64,000 nucleotides of DNA from an uncultured Gammaproteobacteria bacterium (GTDB lineage: Bacteria; Pseudomonadota; Gammaproteobacteria; Steroidobacterales; Steroidobacteraceae): assembly GCA_963843035.1 (NCBI GenBank), contig CAWJIS010000002.1, positions 249,243 to 313,242 on the forward strand, written 5' to 3'. The first letter of the stretch is position 1. Each line of letters begins with the position of its first letter. The position numbers and the translations under genes were made by a program. The notes below the pieces were generated by a model. That model was not told where the DNA came from. It did no database searches and saw only the letters and a list, made by a program, of their open reading frames with translations. Shown in pieces: positions 26,438 through 34,980 of the stretch.

Positions 26438-27775
26438 TCAGGTCGCCAGCGCCGGCCGCCGCAGAACCGCGTACCACAAGTACACCGGCACGCCGACCGC
26501 GCACAGCGCCAACGCCCAGAGGAGCGACTTGCCGCCGATGCCGATCGAGACCCAGACGCAGTAGATGGTCGCCAGTACCGCGGCCGCGAGCCAACGCGAC
26601 TCGCGCGACCCGAGCCGGGGGAGCTCGCCGCGGCGCCACAGGATCAGCACCGCGACGGCACAGCCGAAATACACCGGCAGGTTGGAGGCGGTGACGACGA
26701 CACTGAGGAACGTGAAAGCGCCCGCGGTCGAATCGCTGTAGCTCGTGAGCATCATGAGGCTGGCGAGCACGGCGGTGAACACGAAGGCGCGGGTGGGCGC
26801 GCCGTGTGCGTTCAGCTTTCCGAGGGCCGGCGGAAAGCCGCCGTGCCGGGCGAAGCTCACGGTCAGCTCGCCGAGGATCAGCGTCCAGCCGTTGAGGCAG
26901 CCGAGGCCGCTCACGATCACGAACGCCGCAAGCAGCTTCCCCGATGCGGGGCCGAGGAAGCGCGCGAACAGGTCCGCGAACGGGGCGCTGGAGGCCGCCA
27001 GCTCGCCTTGCGGGATCAGCAGCATCGGGATCAGCGAGACGCAGATATAGACGAGCGCGACCGTGAGCGTGCCGATGAACGTAGCGCGCGGAATGGTGCG
27101 TCCCGGATCGCACACCCGGCCGGCGGGCATCGCGGCGCTCTCCACCCCCAGCATCGCGTAGAGGGCCAGCGTCGATGCCGCGACCACGCCGCTCAGCGAC
27201 GTGGGCGTCGTCGGCACCTGCACCGGTGAGGTCGCATGGGGCGCAAGAAATGCCCACACACCGAGGGCCACGATCCCGACCTGCGGCACGAGCTTCAGCA
27301 CGCTGCTCCACACCTGTACCCAGCCGGCGGTGCGCACGCCGCGCACGTTGATCAGCACGAACAGCCACAGCAGCGCCACCGCCGTCACCGCGGCGAGCAG
27401 GTGGTTGGTGGCCAGCACGGGAAAGAACGACGACAGGTAGCCGACCACGCCGGTCGCGAGCACGGCGTTGGTCACCACGGTGGAGATCCAGTAGCACCAC
27501 ATGATGACGAAGGCGACGCCGCTGCCCAAAGCGCGGCTCGAGTAGGCGTACGGTCCATCGTCCTGCGGGAAGGCGCGCGCGAGTCCGGCAAACACCCAGG
27601 CGACGAACACGCAGCCGATGGTCGTAATCAGCCAGCCAGGCACGGCGTTGAGCCCATAAGGGGCGAGCGAGGCCGGCAGCATGAAGATGCCCACGCCGAT
27701 CGTGTTGCCCACGACCAGCGCGGTGCACATGATGAGCCCTAAGGCGCGCGGCTGCGCGGGTGTGACGGGCAACAT
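26438..27775 (-). CDS. APC-superfamily amino acid permease/antiporter
   Basis: ORF 26438..27808; start moved to ATG 27775, which has GGAG 8 nt upstream and lies 10 nt after the upstream stop. LIMCTALVVGNTIGVGIFMLPASLAPYG is an AdiC/PotE-like N-terminus. Confidence 0.85.
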   Translation of the reverse strand: MLPVTPAQPRALGLIMCTALVVGNTIGVGIFMLPASLAPYGLNAVPGWLITTIGCVFVAWVFAGLARAFPQDDGPYAYSSRALGSGVAFVIMWCYWISTVVTNAVLATGVVGYLSSFFPVLATNHLLAAVTAVALLWLFVLINVRGVRTAGWVQVWSSVLKLVPQVGIVALGVWAFLAPHATSPVQVPTTPTSLSGVVAASTLALYAMLGVESAAMPAGRVCDPGRTIPRATFIGTLTVALVYICVSLIPMLLIPQGELAASSAPFADLFARFLGPASGKLLAAFVIVSGLGCLNGWTLILGELTVSFARHGGFPPALGKLNAHGAPTRAFVFTAVLASLMMLTSYSDSTAGAFTFLSVVVTASNLPVYFGCAVAVLILWRRGELPRLGSRESRWLAAAVLATIYCVWVSIGIGGKSLLWALALCAVGVPVYLWYAVLRRPALAT

Positions 27776-27785
27776 GCGCGGCTCC

Positions 27786-29108
27786 TCAGACCGACGCCAG
27801 CGCTTCATTGAGCGCGGGCTCGAGCAGTGACAGCGCCTCGTCCACGTGTCCGCGGTTGATCATGAGCGGCGGAATGAAGCGCACGGTGCTCGCGCCGCAG
27901 GAGAGCAGCAGCAGCCCGTGGTGGAAGGCGCGCGTCAGCACCGCCTCGCAGAGCTTCTTCGCGGGCGCACGGCTCGCACGGTCGGTGACGAGCTCCATGC
28001 CGATCATGAGCCCCTTGCCGCGCACGTCGCCGATGCAGGGGAAGCGCTGCTGCAGCTCGCGCAGACGTGCGATGAAGTACTCGCCGACCGCCGCTGCGTT
28101 GGCCGCGTACTCGCGCTCCACGAGCTCGAGCGTCGCGAGCGCCGCCGCGCAGCACAACGGATTGCCGCCGAAGGTGTTGCCATGCGCACCGCGTTGCCAT
28201 TTTTCCATGTGGGTGCGGCGCGCGACGACGAGTCCCATCGGCAGCCCCGAGGCGAGACCCTTGGCGAGCGTCATGATGTCCGGGGAAACGCCCCAATGCT
28301 GGCTGGCGAACATCTTGCCGCTGCGCCCGATACCGCACTGCACCTCATCGAAGATGAGGAGAATGCCGTGGCGGTCGCACAGCGCCCGCAGGCCGGGGAG
28401 GAAGCTGTCGGGCGGCACGAGATAGCCACCCTCGCCCTGGATCGGCTCGACCACGATTGCGGCGACCTCGGCCGGCGGAACGTTGCTCTGGAAGAGCATC
28501 TCGATGTAGTCGAGGACCGCGCGGCCCTGGTCGCTACCTACGAACAGCGGCCGGTAGGGGTTGGGGTAGGGCACGTGCGTCACGCCCGGCATGGTCGGGA
28601 AGAACCCCGCCTGCTGCGTCACCTTGCTCGAGGTGAAGGCGAGCGAGCCCATGGTGCGGCCGTGAAAGCCGCCCAGGAAACCGATGAAGCGCGGCCGGCC
28701 GGTCACATAGCGCGCGAGCTTGAGCGCGCCCTCGACCGATTCCGTGCCGCTCTGGCACACCAGCACCTGCACCGGTTCGCGCATCGGGTCGAGCTCGTTG
28801 ATGCGCTCGGCGACGCGCGTCATGCGCTCGTGCCAGTAATCCGAGGAGATGTGCAGGAAATCGTCGGCCGCCTCCTTGATGGCCTGCACGACCTTGGGGT
28901 GCGCATGTCCGGTGCTGGCGACGCCGATGCCGCTCATGAAATCGAGGAAGCGATTGCCGTCGACATCCCAGGCCTCGGCGCCGCGCCCGCGTGCCATGAC
29001 GAAGGGGTAATCGCGCGGGTAGGAGGGCGTCGTCACCGGCCGGTCGCGCGCGATCAGTGCCCGCGCCCTGGGGCCGGGAAGCGGCGTTTGGATATGGGGT
29101 GAGGGCAT
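27786..29108 (-). CDS. Class-III (omega) PLP aminotransferase
   Basis: 440 aa. SGTESVEGALKLAR, LIFDEVQCGIGRSGKMFA and TLAKGLASGLPMG (PLP Lys) are class-III motifs (GabT/ornithine-AT-like). Confidence 0.85.
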   Translation of the reverse strand: MPSPHIQTPLPGPRARALIARDRPVTTPSYPRDYPFVMARGRGAEAWDVDGNRFLDFMSGIGVASTGHAHPKVVQAIKEAADDFLHISSDYWHERMTRVAERINELDPMREPVQVLVCQSGTESVEGALKLARYVTGRPRFIGFLGGFHGRTMGSLAFTSSKVTQQAGFFPTMPGVTHVPYPNPYRPLFVGSDQGRAVLDYIEMLFQSNVPPAEVAAIVVEPIQGEGGYLVPPDSFLPGLRALCDRHGILLIFDEVQCGIGRSGKMFASQHWGVSPDIMTLAKGLASGLPMGLVVARRTHMEKWQRGAHGNTFGGNPLCCAAALATLELVEREYAANAAAVGEYFIARLRELQQRFPCIGDVRGKGLMIGMELVTDRASRAPAKKLCEAVLTRAFHHGLLLLSCGASTVRFIPPLMINRGHVDEALSLLEPALNEALASV

Positions 29109-29109
29109 A

Positions 29110-29874
29110 TCAGTTCCTCAGGGTGATGCGCAGCGGACGGGCATGCGCTTCGCGTGTGCGCGCCTCGAGCTCGCGCAGCGCGGCGAGCTCGGCAGGCTCC
29201 GGGGCGGGGAGCGTCTCGATGTGCCCGGCCACTTTGAGCGGCCAGCCGGTGGCGGCCCGGGCCGCATCGGCGCTGATGCCGGGATAGAGCGCGGCGAGCT
29301 CGAGCTCCTGGGTTTCGGGGTGTGGCCGGAGCACGCCGAAGTCCGTAATGACCGCGCGCGGGCCCGCGCCCGGACTGCCGCTCGCGGCGCGCGCACCCTG
29401 GCCCTCGAGGTAGCCGCAGGAGGTGCGAAAGTCGAGCCTTGGTGCGAAGCTGCGCGGCGTCTGCTTCATGATGACGAGCACCTCGCGCGCGTAGGTGGCG
29501 ATCTCGGGTGCGCCGCCGGCGCCCGGCAGCCGCACGGTCGGATGCGCATAGTCGCCGATGACCGTGCTGTTCAGATTTGCGTAGGCGTCGATCTGCGCCG
29601 CTCCGAGGAAGCCGACGTCGACGCGGCCGCGCTGCAGATAGTGCGCGAAGATCTCCGGCAACGGCACGACGCAGGTCGCGGTCTCGGCGAGCTCGCCGTC
29701 ACCGATCGAGAGCGGCAGCACCTTGGGCCGGGTACCCACCGTGCCCGACTCGTAGATCAGCACCAGATCCGGAGCATGCGTCATGCGCGCCAGGTTGCAC
29801 GCGGCGCTCGGGAGCCCGATGCCGACAAAACACACCGCACCGTCGGCTAAGTGCCGCGCGGCGGTCACCGTCAT
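29110..29874 (-). CDS. CoA-transferase subunit B (family I, glutaconate-CoA-transferase-like)
   Basis: 254 aa, 1-nt gap to the aminotransferase. LIYESGTVG contains the Glu-bearing ESG motif region of beta subunits. Confidence 0.75.
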   Translation of the reverse strand: MTVTAARHLADGAVCFVGIGLPSAACNLARMTHAPDLVLIYESGTVGTRPKVLPLSIGDGELAETATCVVPLPEIFAHYLQRGRVDVGFLGAAQIDAYANLNSTVIGDYAHPTVRLPGAGGAPEIATYAREVLVIMKQTPRSFAPRLDFRTSCGYLEGQGARAASGSPGAGPRAVITDFGVLRPHPETQELELAALYPGISADAARAATGWPLKVAGHIETLPAPEPAELAALRELEARTREAHARPLRITLRN

Positions 29875-29903
29875 GATCTCATCCGGGGTGTAGCCGGGCG
29901 CGC

Positions 29904-30758
29904 TCAGGCGGCGACTCCGAGCACGCGCAGCAGCGCCGCGTGATCGCGTACGCCGAGCACGTGGCGCTCGATCCAGGCCGTGAACGCCTTACGGTCGCGG
30001 GCGATCTCATCCCAGGCGAGATAGAAGCGGTTGTCGCGCGGGTAGTAGCCCTGCGCGTAGGACGGATAGGCGCCGCCCGGCACGACGCTGGCGGCGGTGA
30101 TCAGCCACGACGGCAGCACCACGGCGTTCAGGTCGGCGCGCAGCCGCTCGACCCGCTCCTCGACGGTAACGAGCACGCGCCGCGCGGCCAGCGCGGCCTC
30201 TTTGGCGGCGCCGATGATGCCGCGGATGAGGACATTGCCCTCGGCATCGATCTGTTGCGCGTGCAGAATGGTGACGTCCGGGTTGATGGCGGGGACGGCG
30301 GTCAGCAGCCGGCCGGTGAAGGGACAGCGCACGGTGCGCAGATTCGCCCCCGGCAGGCGCGCGAGATCCGTGTCGGTGTGATGGGGCATGAGGCCGCAGC
30401 TCATGCCGCTGGCGCCCGCCTGATAAGCCAGCGCGAGCTCCGCGTGGCTGAATTCGCTGAGGGCGAGCGGCTGCGGCCATTGCCGCTCCACCGCGTCGCG
30501 CAGCCGATGGAGCGACCCCACGCCCGGATTGCCGCCCCAGGAGAAGGTCAGCCGCGCAGCGCAACCCATGCCGATCAGCTGGTCATAGATGAGATCCGGC
30601 GTCATGCGGATCAGGTGCAGGTTGCGGCGCTTCTGGCGGATGACCTCGTGGCCGGCGGCAAAAGGGATGAGGTGCGTGAAGCCTTCGAGCGCCACGCTGT
30701 CGCCGTCGCGCACGTGCGTCCCGATCGCCTCGTTGAGCGGCAGCAGCAGCATGCGCAT
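29904..30758 (-). CDS. CoA-transferase subunit A
   Basis: 284 aa. AIGTHVRDGDSVALEGF... layout is GctA-like. The start abuts the ALDH stop with a 0-nt gap. Confidence 0.75.
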   Translation of the reverse strand: MRMLLLPLNEAIGTHVRDGDSVALEGFTHLIPFAAGHEVIRQKRRNLHLIRMTPDLIYDQLIGMGCAARLTFSWGGNPGVGSLHRLRDAVERQWPQPLALSEFSHAELALAYQAGASGMSCGLMPHHTDTDLARLPGANLRTVRCPFTGRLLTAVPAINPDVTILHAQQIDAEGNVLIRGIIGAAKEAALAARRVLVTVEERVERLRADLNAVVLPSWLITAASVVPGGAYPSYAQGYYPRDNRFYLAWDEIARDRKAFTAWIERHVLGVRDHAALLRVLGVAA

Positions 30759-32327
30759 TTACTCGACCACGGTCTGCGACTGCTCGCGCAGGTACTGCGG
30801 CAGGTAGTAGAAGGACGCGATGGCCTTGCCCGTGGTGCCCGAGCCTTTCCAGCCACCGAAGGGCTGATAGCCCGGCCAGGCACCGGTGGTCGCGCCCTGC
30901 GGGCGGTTCGCGTAAGTGACGCCGGCCTCGATGCGCTCCTGGAACCAGCCGATCTCGTCCGCAGCGCCGTAGAAGCCCGCCGTGAGGCCGAGCGGGGAGG
31001 CGTTGGCGAGCTCCATCGCTTCGTCGTTCGATGCCACCCGGTGCAGCATCAGGATCGGCAGAAACATCTCCTTGTCCCACAGCGGGTGGCCCACCGGCGC
31101 TTCGGCGAGCGTCGGGCGCACGAAGAAGCCACGGGCGAGGGCCCCGTCCGTGAGCTGCTCGCCGCCGGCGAGGATGCGCGCGCCGTCCGTGCGCAGCAGC
31201 GCCGCGTAGCGCGCGTAGTCGTCGTAGCCCGAGCTCGTCGCGACCGGCCCCAGCCAGTTCTCGCGCCGCGCCGGATCACCGATGGAGAGTGCCGCAAGCT
31301 GCCCGAGCAGCGCCTCGGTGAGGGGCTCGGCCACCTCCCGGGCGACATACAGCCGTGAGAGCGCCGAGCACTTTTGTCCCCCCATGCCGAACGCGGAGCG
31401 CAGGATGCCGGCGGCGGCACGCTTCAGGTCCGCGCGCGCGGTGACGATGCAGGCATTCTTGCCACCCATCTCGGCGATGCAGGGCCTGGGATACGCGCCG
31501 CCCTGGAGCTTCACGGCGATCTGCCGGCCGACTTCGTAGGAGCCGGTGAAGGTGACGCCCGCCGTGAGCGGATGCTCGATGAGCGCGGCGCCGATCGCGG
31601 TGCTCGAGCCGCTCAGGTAATTGAAGACTCCCGGCGGCAGCCCCGCATCGCGCATGCAAGCGGTAAGCAGCCGCCCCGCCCACGGCGTCACCGTCGCGCC
31701 CTTCAGGACCACGGTGTTGCCGGTGATGAGCGCGGCCGCCACCGGGCCCGCGGCGAGAGCCACGGGGAAGTTGAAGGGCGTGATGACGACCCAGGCGCCG
31801 TAGGGTTTCAGGACACTGCGGTTGTGGGACACGTGACCGCTGAGCGGATCGTCGGGGAGCGCGCGCGCGAAGCCGCCCGCGCGCTCGAAGTCGTCGCAGT
31901 AGGTCGCGAAGAAATCCGCCGCCTCCTGCGCCTCACCCAGGGCTTCCATGCGGTTCTTGCCCACCTCGAGGGTGAGCGCTGCGGCGATGTCGTAGACGCG
32001 CTCCTCGATCAGCTGGCCGACCCGCCGCAGGAGCTGCGCACGCAGTTGCGTCGGGGTCTGCTTCCACGCGGGCCAGGCGCCGTGCGCGGCGCGCAGCGCG
32101 CGGTCCGCGTCCGCCGCGCTCGCGGCCGCAAACGTGCCGATGAGCTCGCCACGGTCGGCGGGGTTGCGCTTTTCCGCGGCGTGCTCGGCCGGCCGGTCGG
32201 CGCCGGCGATGTAGAGCGGGTGCGAGCCGCCGAGCGTGCCGCGCACACGCTGCATGGCCGCATCGAAGCGCGTGTGCAGCTCCTCGGGCGGATCGAACAT
32301 GGTCGCGTAGGTGAGCTTGAAGGTCAT
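30759..32327 (-). CDS. Aldehyde dehydrogenase, P5C/glutamate-semialdehyde-dehydrogenase-like
   Basis: ORF 30759..32453; start placed at codon 43 (MTFKLTYATMFDPPEELHTRF...), computed from the ORF frame. EVGKNRMEALGEAQEAADFF, catalytic-Cys region FGMGGQKCSA, and EMGGKN. Confidence 0.8.
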   Translation of the reverse strand: MTFKLTYATMFDPPEELHTRFDAAMQRVRGTLGGSHPLYIAGADRPAEHAAEKRNPADRGELIGTFAAASAADADRALRAAHGAWPAWKQTPTQLRAQLLRRVGQLIEERVYDIAAALTLEVGKNRMEALGEAQEAADFFATYCDDFERAGGFARALPDDPLSGHVSHNRSVLKPYGAWVVITPFNFPVALAAGPVAAALITGNTVVLKGATVTPWAGRLLTACMRDAGLPPGVFNYLSGSSTAIGAALIEHPLTAGVTFTGSYEVGRQIAVKLQGGAYPRPCIAEMGGKNACIVTARADLKRAAAGILRSAFGMGGQKCSALSRLYVAREVAEPLTEALLGQLAALSIGDPARRENWLGPVATSSGYDDYARYAALLRTDGARILAGGEQLTDGALARGFFVRPTLAEAPVGHPLWDKEMFLPILMLHRVASNDEAMELANASPLGLTAGFYGAADEIGWFQERIEAGVTYANRPQGATTGAWPGYQPFGGWKGSGTTGKAIASFYYLPQYLREQSQTVVE

Positions 32328-32429
32328 GAGTTCCGCCCCCCGGGGATCGCCGCGACCATGTGCTATTATCCCACGGCTATTCGCACGGCGAATCACATTA
32401 GACGCGCGTCGTTCACTCGTCAACGCGAC

Positions 32430-34967
32430 ATGCGCGCGAACTTCAGCTCTCACTTCGTCGCATTGTTGGTCGGCTGGGCGCCTTACCAGTTATGTGCCGC
32501 GCCGCCGGCGGCGCCGTTGCCCGCGCTCGATCTGCCGCACTCGTACTACTACCGCGAGATGTACCTGCCGCAGCTCACCAGCGGGCCGGGCAGCCTCGCG
32601 TGGGCGCCGGATTCGCGCACGCTCGTCTACTCGATGGCGGGATCGCTGTGGCGGCAGAGTAGCGACTCGAGGAGCGCGCAGCAGCTGACCGATGGCCCGG
32701 GCTACGACTATCAGCCCGACTGGTCGCCGGACGGACGCTACATCGTGTACGCCTCGAGTCGTGGCGAGGCGATCGAGCTCATGCTGCTCGATCTCGAGTC
32801 CGGGCGCGCGACGCAGCTGACGCATGGGGGCGCGGTCAACGTCGAGCCGCGCTTCTCGCCCGACGGGCATCGCATCGTGTTCGTCTCGAGTGCCTATCAC
32901 CGGCACCCGCACTTGTTTCTCGCCGAGCTGCACGGCACGCAGATCGCCGCGCCGGTGCGTCTCAGCGGGGAGAGCAAGAGCACGCTGCCCCGCTACTACT
33001 ACAGCGCTTACGACCACGAGATCAATCCGGTGTGGACGCGCGATGGCAGCGCGATCGTCTTCGTCTCGAATCGGGGACATATCTACGGGACCGGCGGGAT
33101 CTGGCGGATGGCCGCCATTCCTGGCGCGCAGGCGAGTGAGCTGCACTACGAGGAGACCAGCTGGCAGGCGCGGCCGGACTTCTCGCCCGACGGACAACGG
33201 ATGGTCTACAGCTCCTATCTCGGGCGTAACCGCTTGCAGCTGTGGCTGCTGCCGGCCGCCGCGGGCGGCGACCCGTTTCCGATCAGCTACGGCGACTGGG
33301 ACGAGACCGGCGCCCGCTGGTCTCCCGACGGGCGGCAGATTGCCTATATCTCCAATCGCGGCGGCGGCCTCGAGCTGCGCCTCATGACGCTGCCGGGTGG
33401 CGCCTCGCGGCCGCTCGAGATCACGGAGCGCCGGCGCCTGCGTCCGAGCGGCACGTTGCGCCTCGCGGTGCGCGACGAGCGCGGAGTCGCGACGCCGGCG
33501 CGTGTGGTGGTGACCGATGCGGGCGGGCGGTTCTATGCGCCGGCGCGCGCCTGGATGCACCACGCCGAGTTCGACCGCAACGAGTATCCGTTCGAGGCGC
33601 GCTACTTCCATACCACGGGCGATGAGTCGATCGAGGTACCGGCGGGGCCGATCAGCGTCGCGGTCATGAAGGGCCTCGCGCGCACCCCTGAGCGCCGCAC
33701 GGTCGAGGTGCGCGCCGGCACCGTGAGCGACTTGAGCGTCGCGCTGCCTGCGAATCCCTGGCCCGACGCCACGGGCAGGCGCTGGGTCAGCGCCGACGTG
33801 CACGTGCACATGAATTACGGGGGCCATTACCGCAACACGCCGGCGCATCTCGTGCTGCAGGCGCAGGCCGAGGATCTCGACATCGTCGAGGACCTCATCG
33901 TGAACAAGGAGCAACGCGTCCCCGACATCGCCTACAGCGGCCTGGGAGTCGATTCCGCCTCGACGCCGCAGACACTGGTGGTGCACGGGCAGGAATTCCA
34001 CACCAGCTACTGGGGGCACCTGGGACTGCTCGGCATGCGCGCCAACACCCTGCTGCCGGGCTACGCGGGCTACCCCAACACGGCCGCGGCGAGCCTGTTT
34101 CCGACCAACGCCGACGTCGCCGACCTCGCGCATGCGCAGGGCGCCCTGGTCGGCTATGTGCATCCCTTCGAAGAGGAGCCGCGGCCGCTCACTCACCCCG
34201 TCCATACCGACGCCGACGAGCTGCCGGTCGATGTGGCGCTTGGCAAGGTCGACTACATGGAGATCGTCTCGTTTGCCGACCACCAGGCAACGGCGTCGGT
34301 CTGGTATCGGCTGCTGAACCTCGGATTCAGGATTCCGGCCGCGGGCGGCACCGATGCGATGGCCGACTACGCGACGCTCCGCGGGCCCGTGGGTCTCAAC
34401 CGCGTCTACGCTTCCGTCCCCGACGGCCCCGTCTCGAGTGACGCCTGGCTCGCGGCGCTGAAGGAGGGCAGAAGCTTCGCCACCAACGCGCCGCTCCTCG
34501 ACTTCGGGCTGGCCGGGCAGATGATTGGCGCGAGCGTCAGCATCGAGGGCGCAGGCGCGGTGCCCTTTCGCGCGCGCGTGCGCTCCATCGTTGCGCTCGA
34601 CCATGCCCAGATCGTGTGCAACGGCCGGATCATCCGCGAGCTCGACCTGGGATCAGCGCACGACCGGCTGGACACGAGCGGCACGATCGAGCTCGCGCGC
34701 AGTGGCTGGTGCGTACTGCGAGCCTTCAGCGCCCGGGCCGAATACCCGATACTCGACAACTTCGTCTACGCAACCACGAGTCCCATCTACGTGACCGTCC
34801 GGGGGGAGAAGCCGCGCTCGCCGGAGGATGCGCGCTTCTTCGAGGCGTGGATCGATCATCTCGCCGAGACGACCAGCGCCTACCCCGACTGGAATTCGCC
34901 GGCCGAGAGAGCCGCCGTGCTGACGAAGCTCAAGGAAGCCCGCGCGGTGTACCAGCGCCTCGAGTGA
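32430..34967 (+). CDS. Secreted TolB-like beta-propeller fused to a PHP/CehA-McbA-type metallohydrolase domain
   Basis: ATG 32430 within ORF 31374..34967; the upstream part of that ORF is antisense to the ALDH gene. Repeated PD40-type blades (WSPDGRYIVYAS, FSPDGHRIVFVS, FSPDGQRMVYSS, WSPDGRQIAYIS), then WVSADVHVHMNYGG... a metal-binding His cluster. Confidence 0.7.
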   Translation: MRANFSSHFVALLVGWAPYQLCAAPPAAPLPALDLPHSYYYREMYLPQLTSGPGSLAWAPDSRTLVYSMAGSLWRQSSDSRSAQQLTDGPGYDYQPDWSPDGRYIVYASSRGEAIELMLLDLESGRATQLTHGGAVNVEPRFSPDGHRIVFVSSAYHRHPHLFLAELHGTQIAAPVRLSGESKSTLPRYYYSAYDHEINPVWTRDGSAIVFVSNRGHIYGTGGIWRMAAIPGAQASELHYEETSWQARPDFSPDGQRMVYSSYLGRNRLQLWLLPAAAGGDPFPISYGDWDETGARWSPDGRQIAYISNRGGGLELRLMTLPGGASRPLEITERRRLRPSGTLRLAVRDERGVATPARVVVTDAGGRFYAPARAWMHHAEFDRNEYPFEARYFHTTGDESIEVPAGPISVAVMKGLARTPERRTVEVRAGTVSDLSVALPANPWPDATGRRWVSADVHVHMNYGGHYRNTPAHLVLQAQAEDLDIVEDLIVNKEQRVPDIAYSGLGVDSASTPQTLVVHGQEFHTSYWGHLGLLGMRANTLLPGYAGYPNTAAASLFPTNADVADLAHAQGALVGYVHPFEEEPRPLTHPVHTDADELPVDVALGKVDYMEIVSFADHQATASVWYRLLNLGFRIPAAGGTDAMADYATLRGPVGLNRVYASVPDGPVSSDAWLAALKEGRSFATNAPLLDFGLAGQMIGASVSIEGAGAVPFRARVRSIVALDHAQIVCNGRIIRELDLGSAHDRLDTSGTIELARSGWCVLRAFSARAEYPILDNFVYATTSPIYVTVRGEKPRSPEDARFFEAWIDHLAETTSAYPDWNSPAERAAVLTKLKEARAVYQRLE

Positions 34968-34980
34968 CGGGGGGTAGCAC

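Noticed and set aside
31374-32429. N-terminal 352 codons of the 1197-aa ORF 31374..34967, which would make a giant fusion protein.
   Set aside because: This part is antisense to the well-supported aldehyde dehydrogenase gene and is compositionally a shadow ORF. A hydrophobic N-terminus begins at ATG 32430, leaving a normal divergent intergenic region of about 100 bp.
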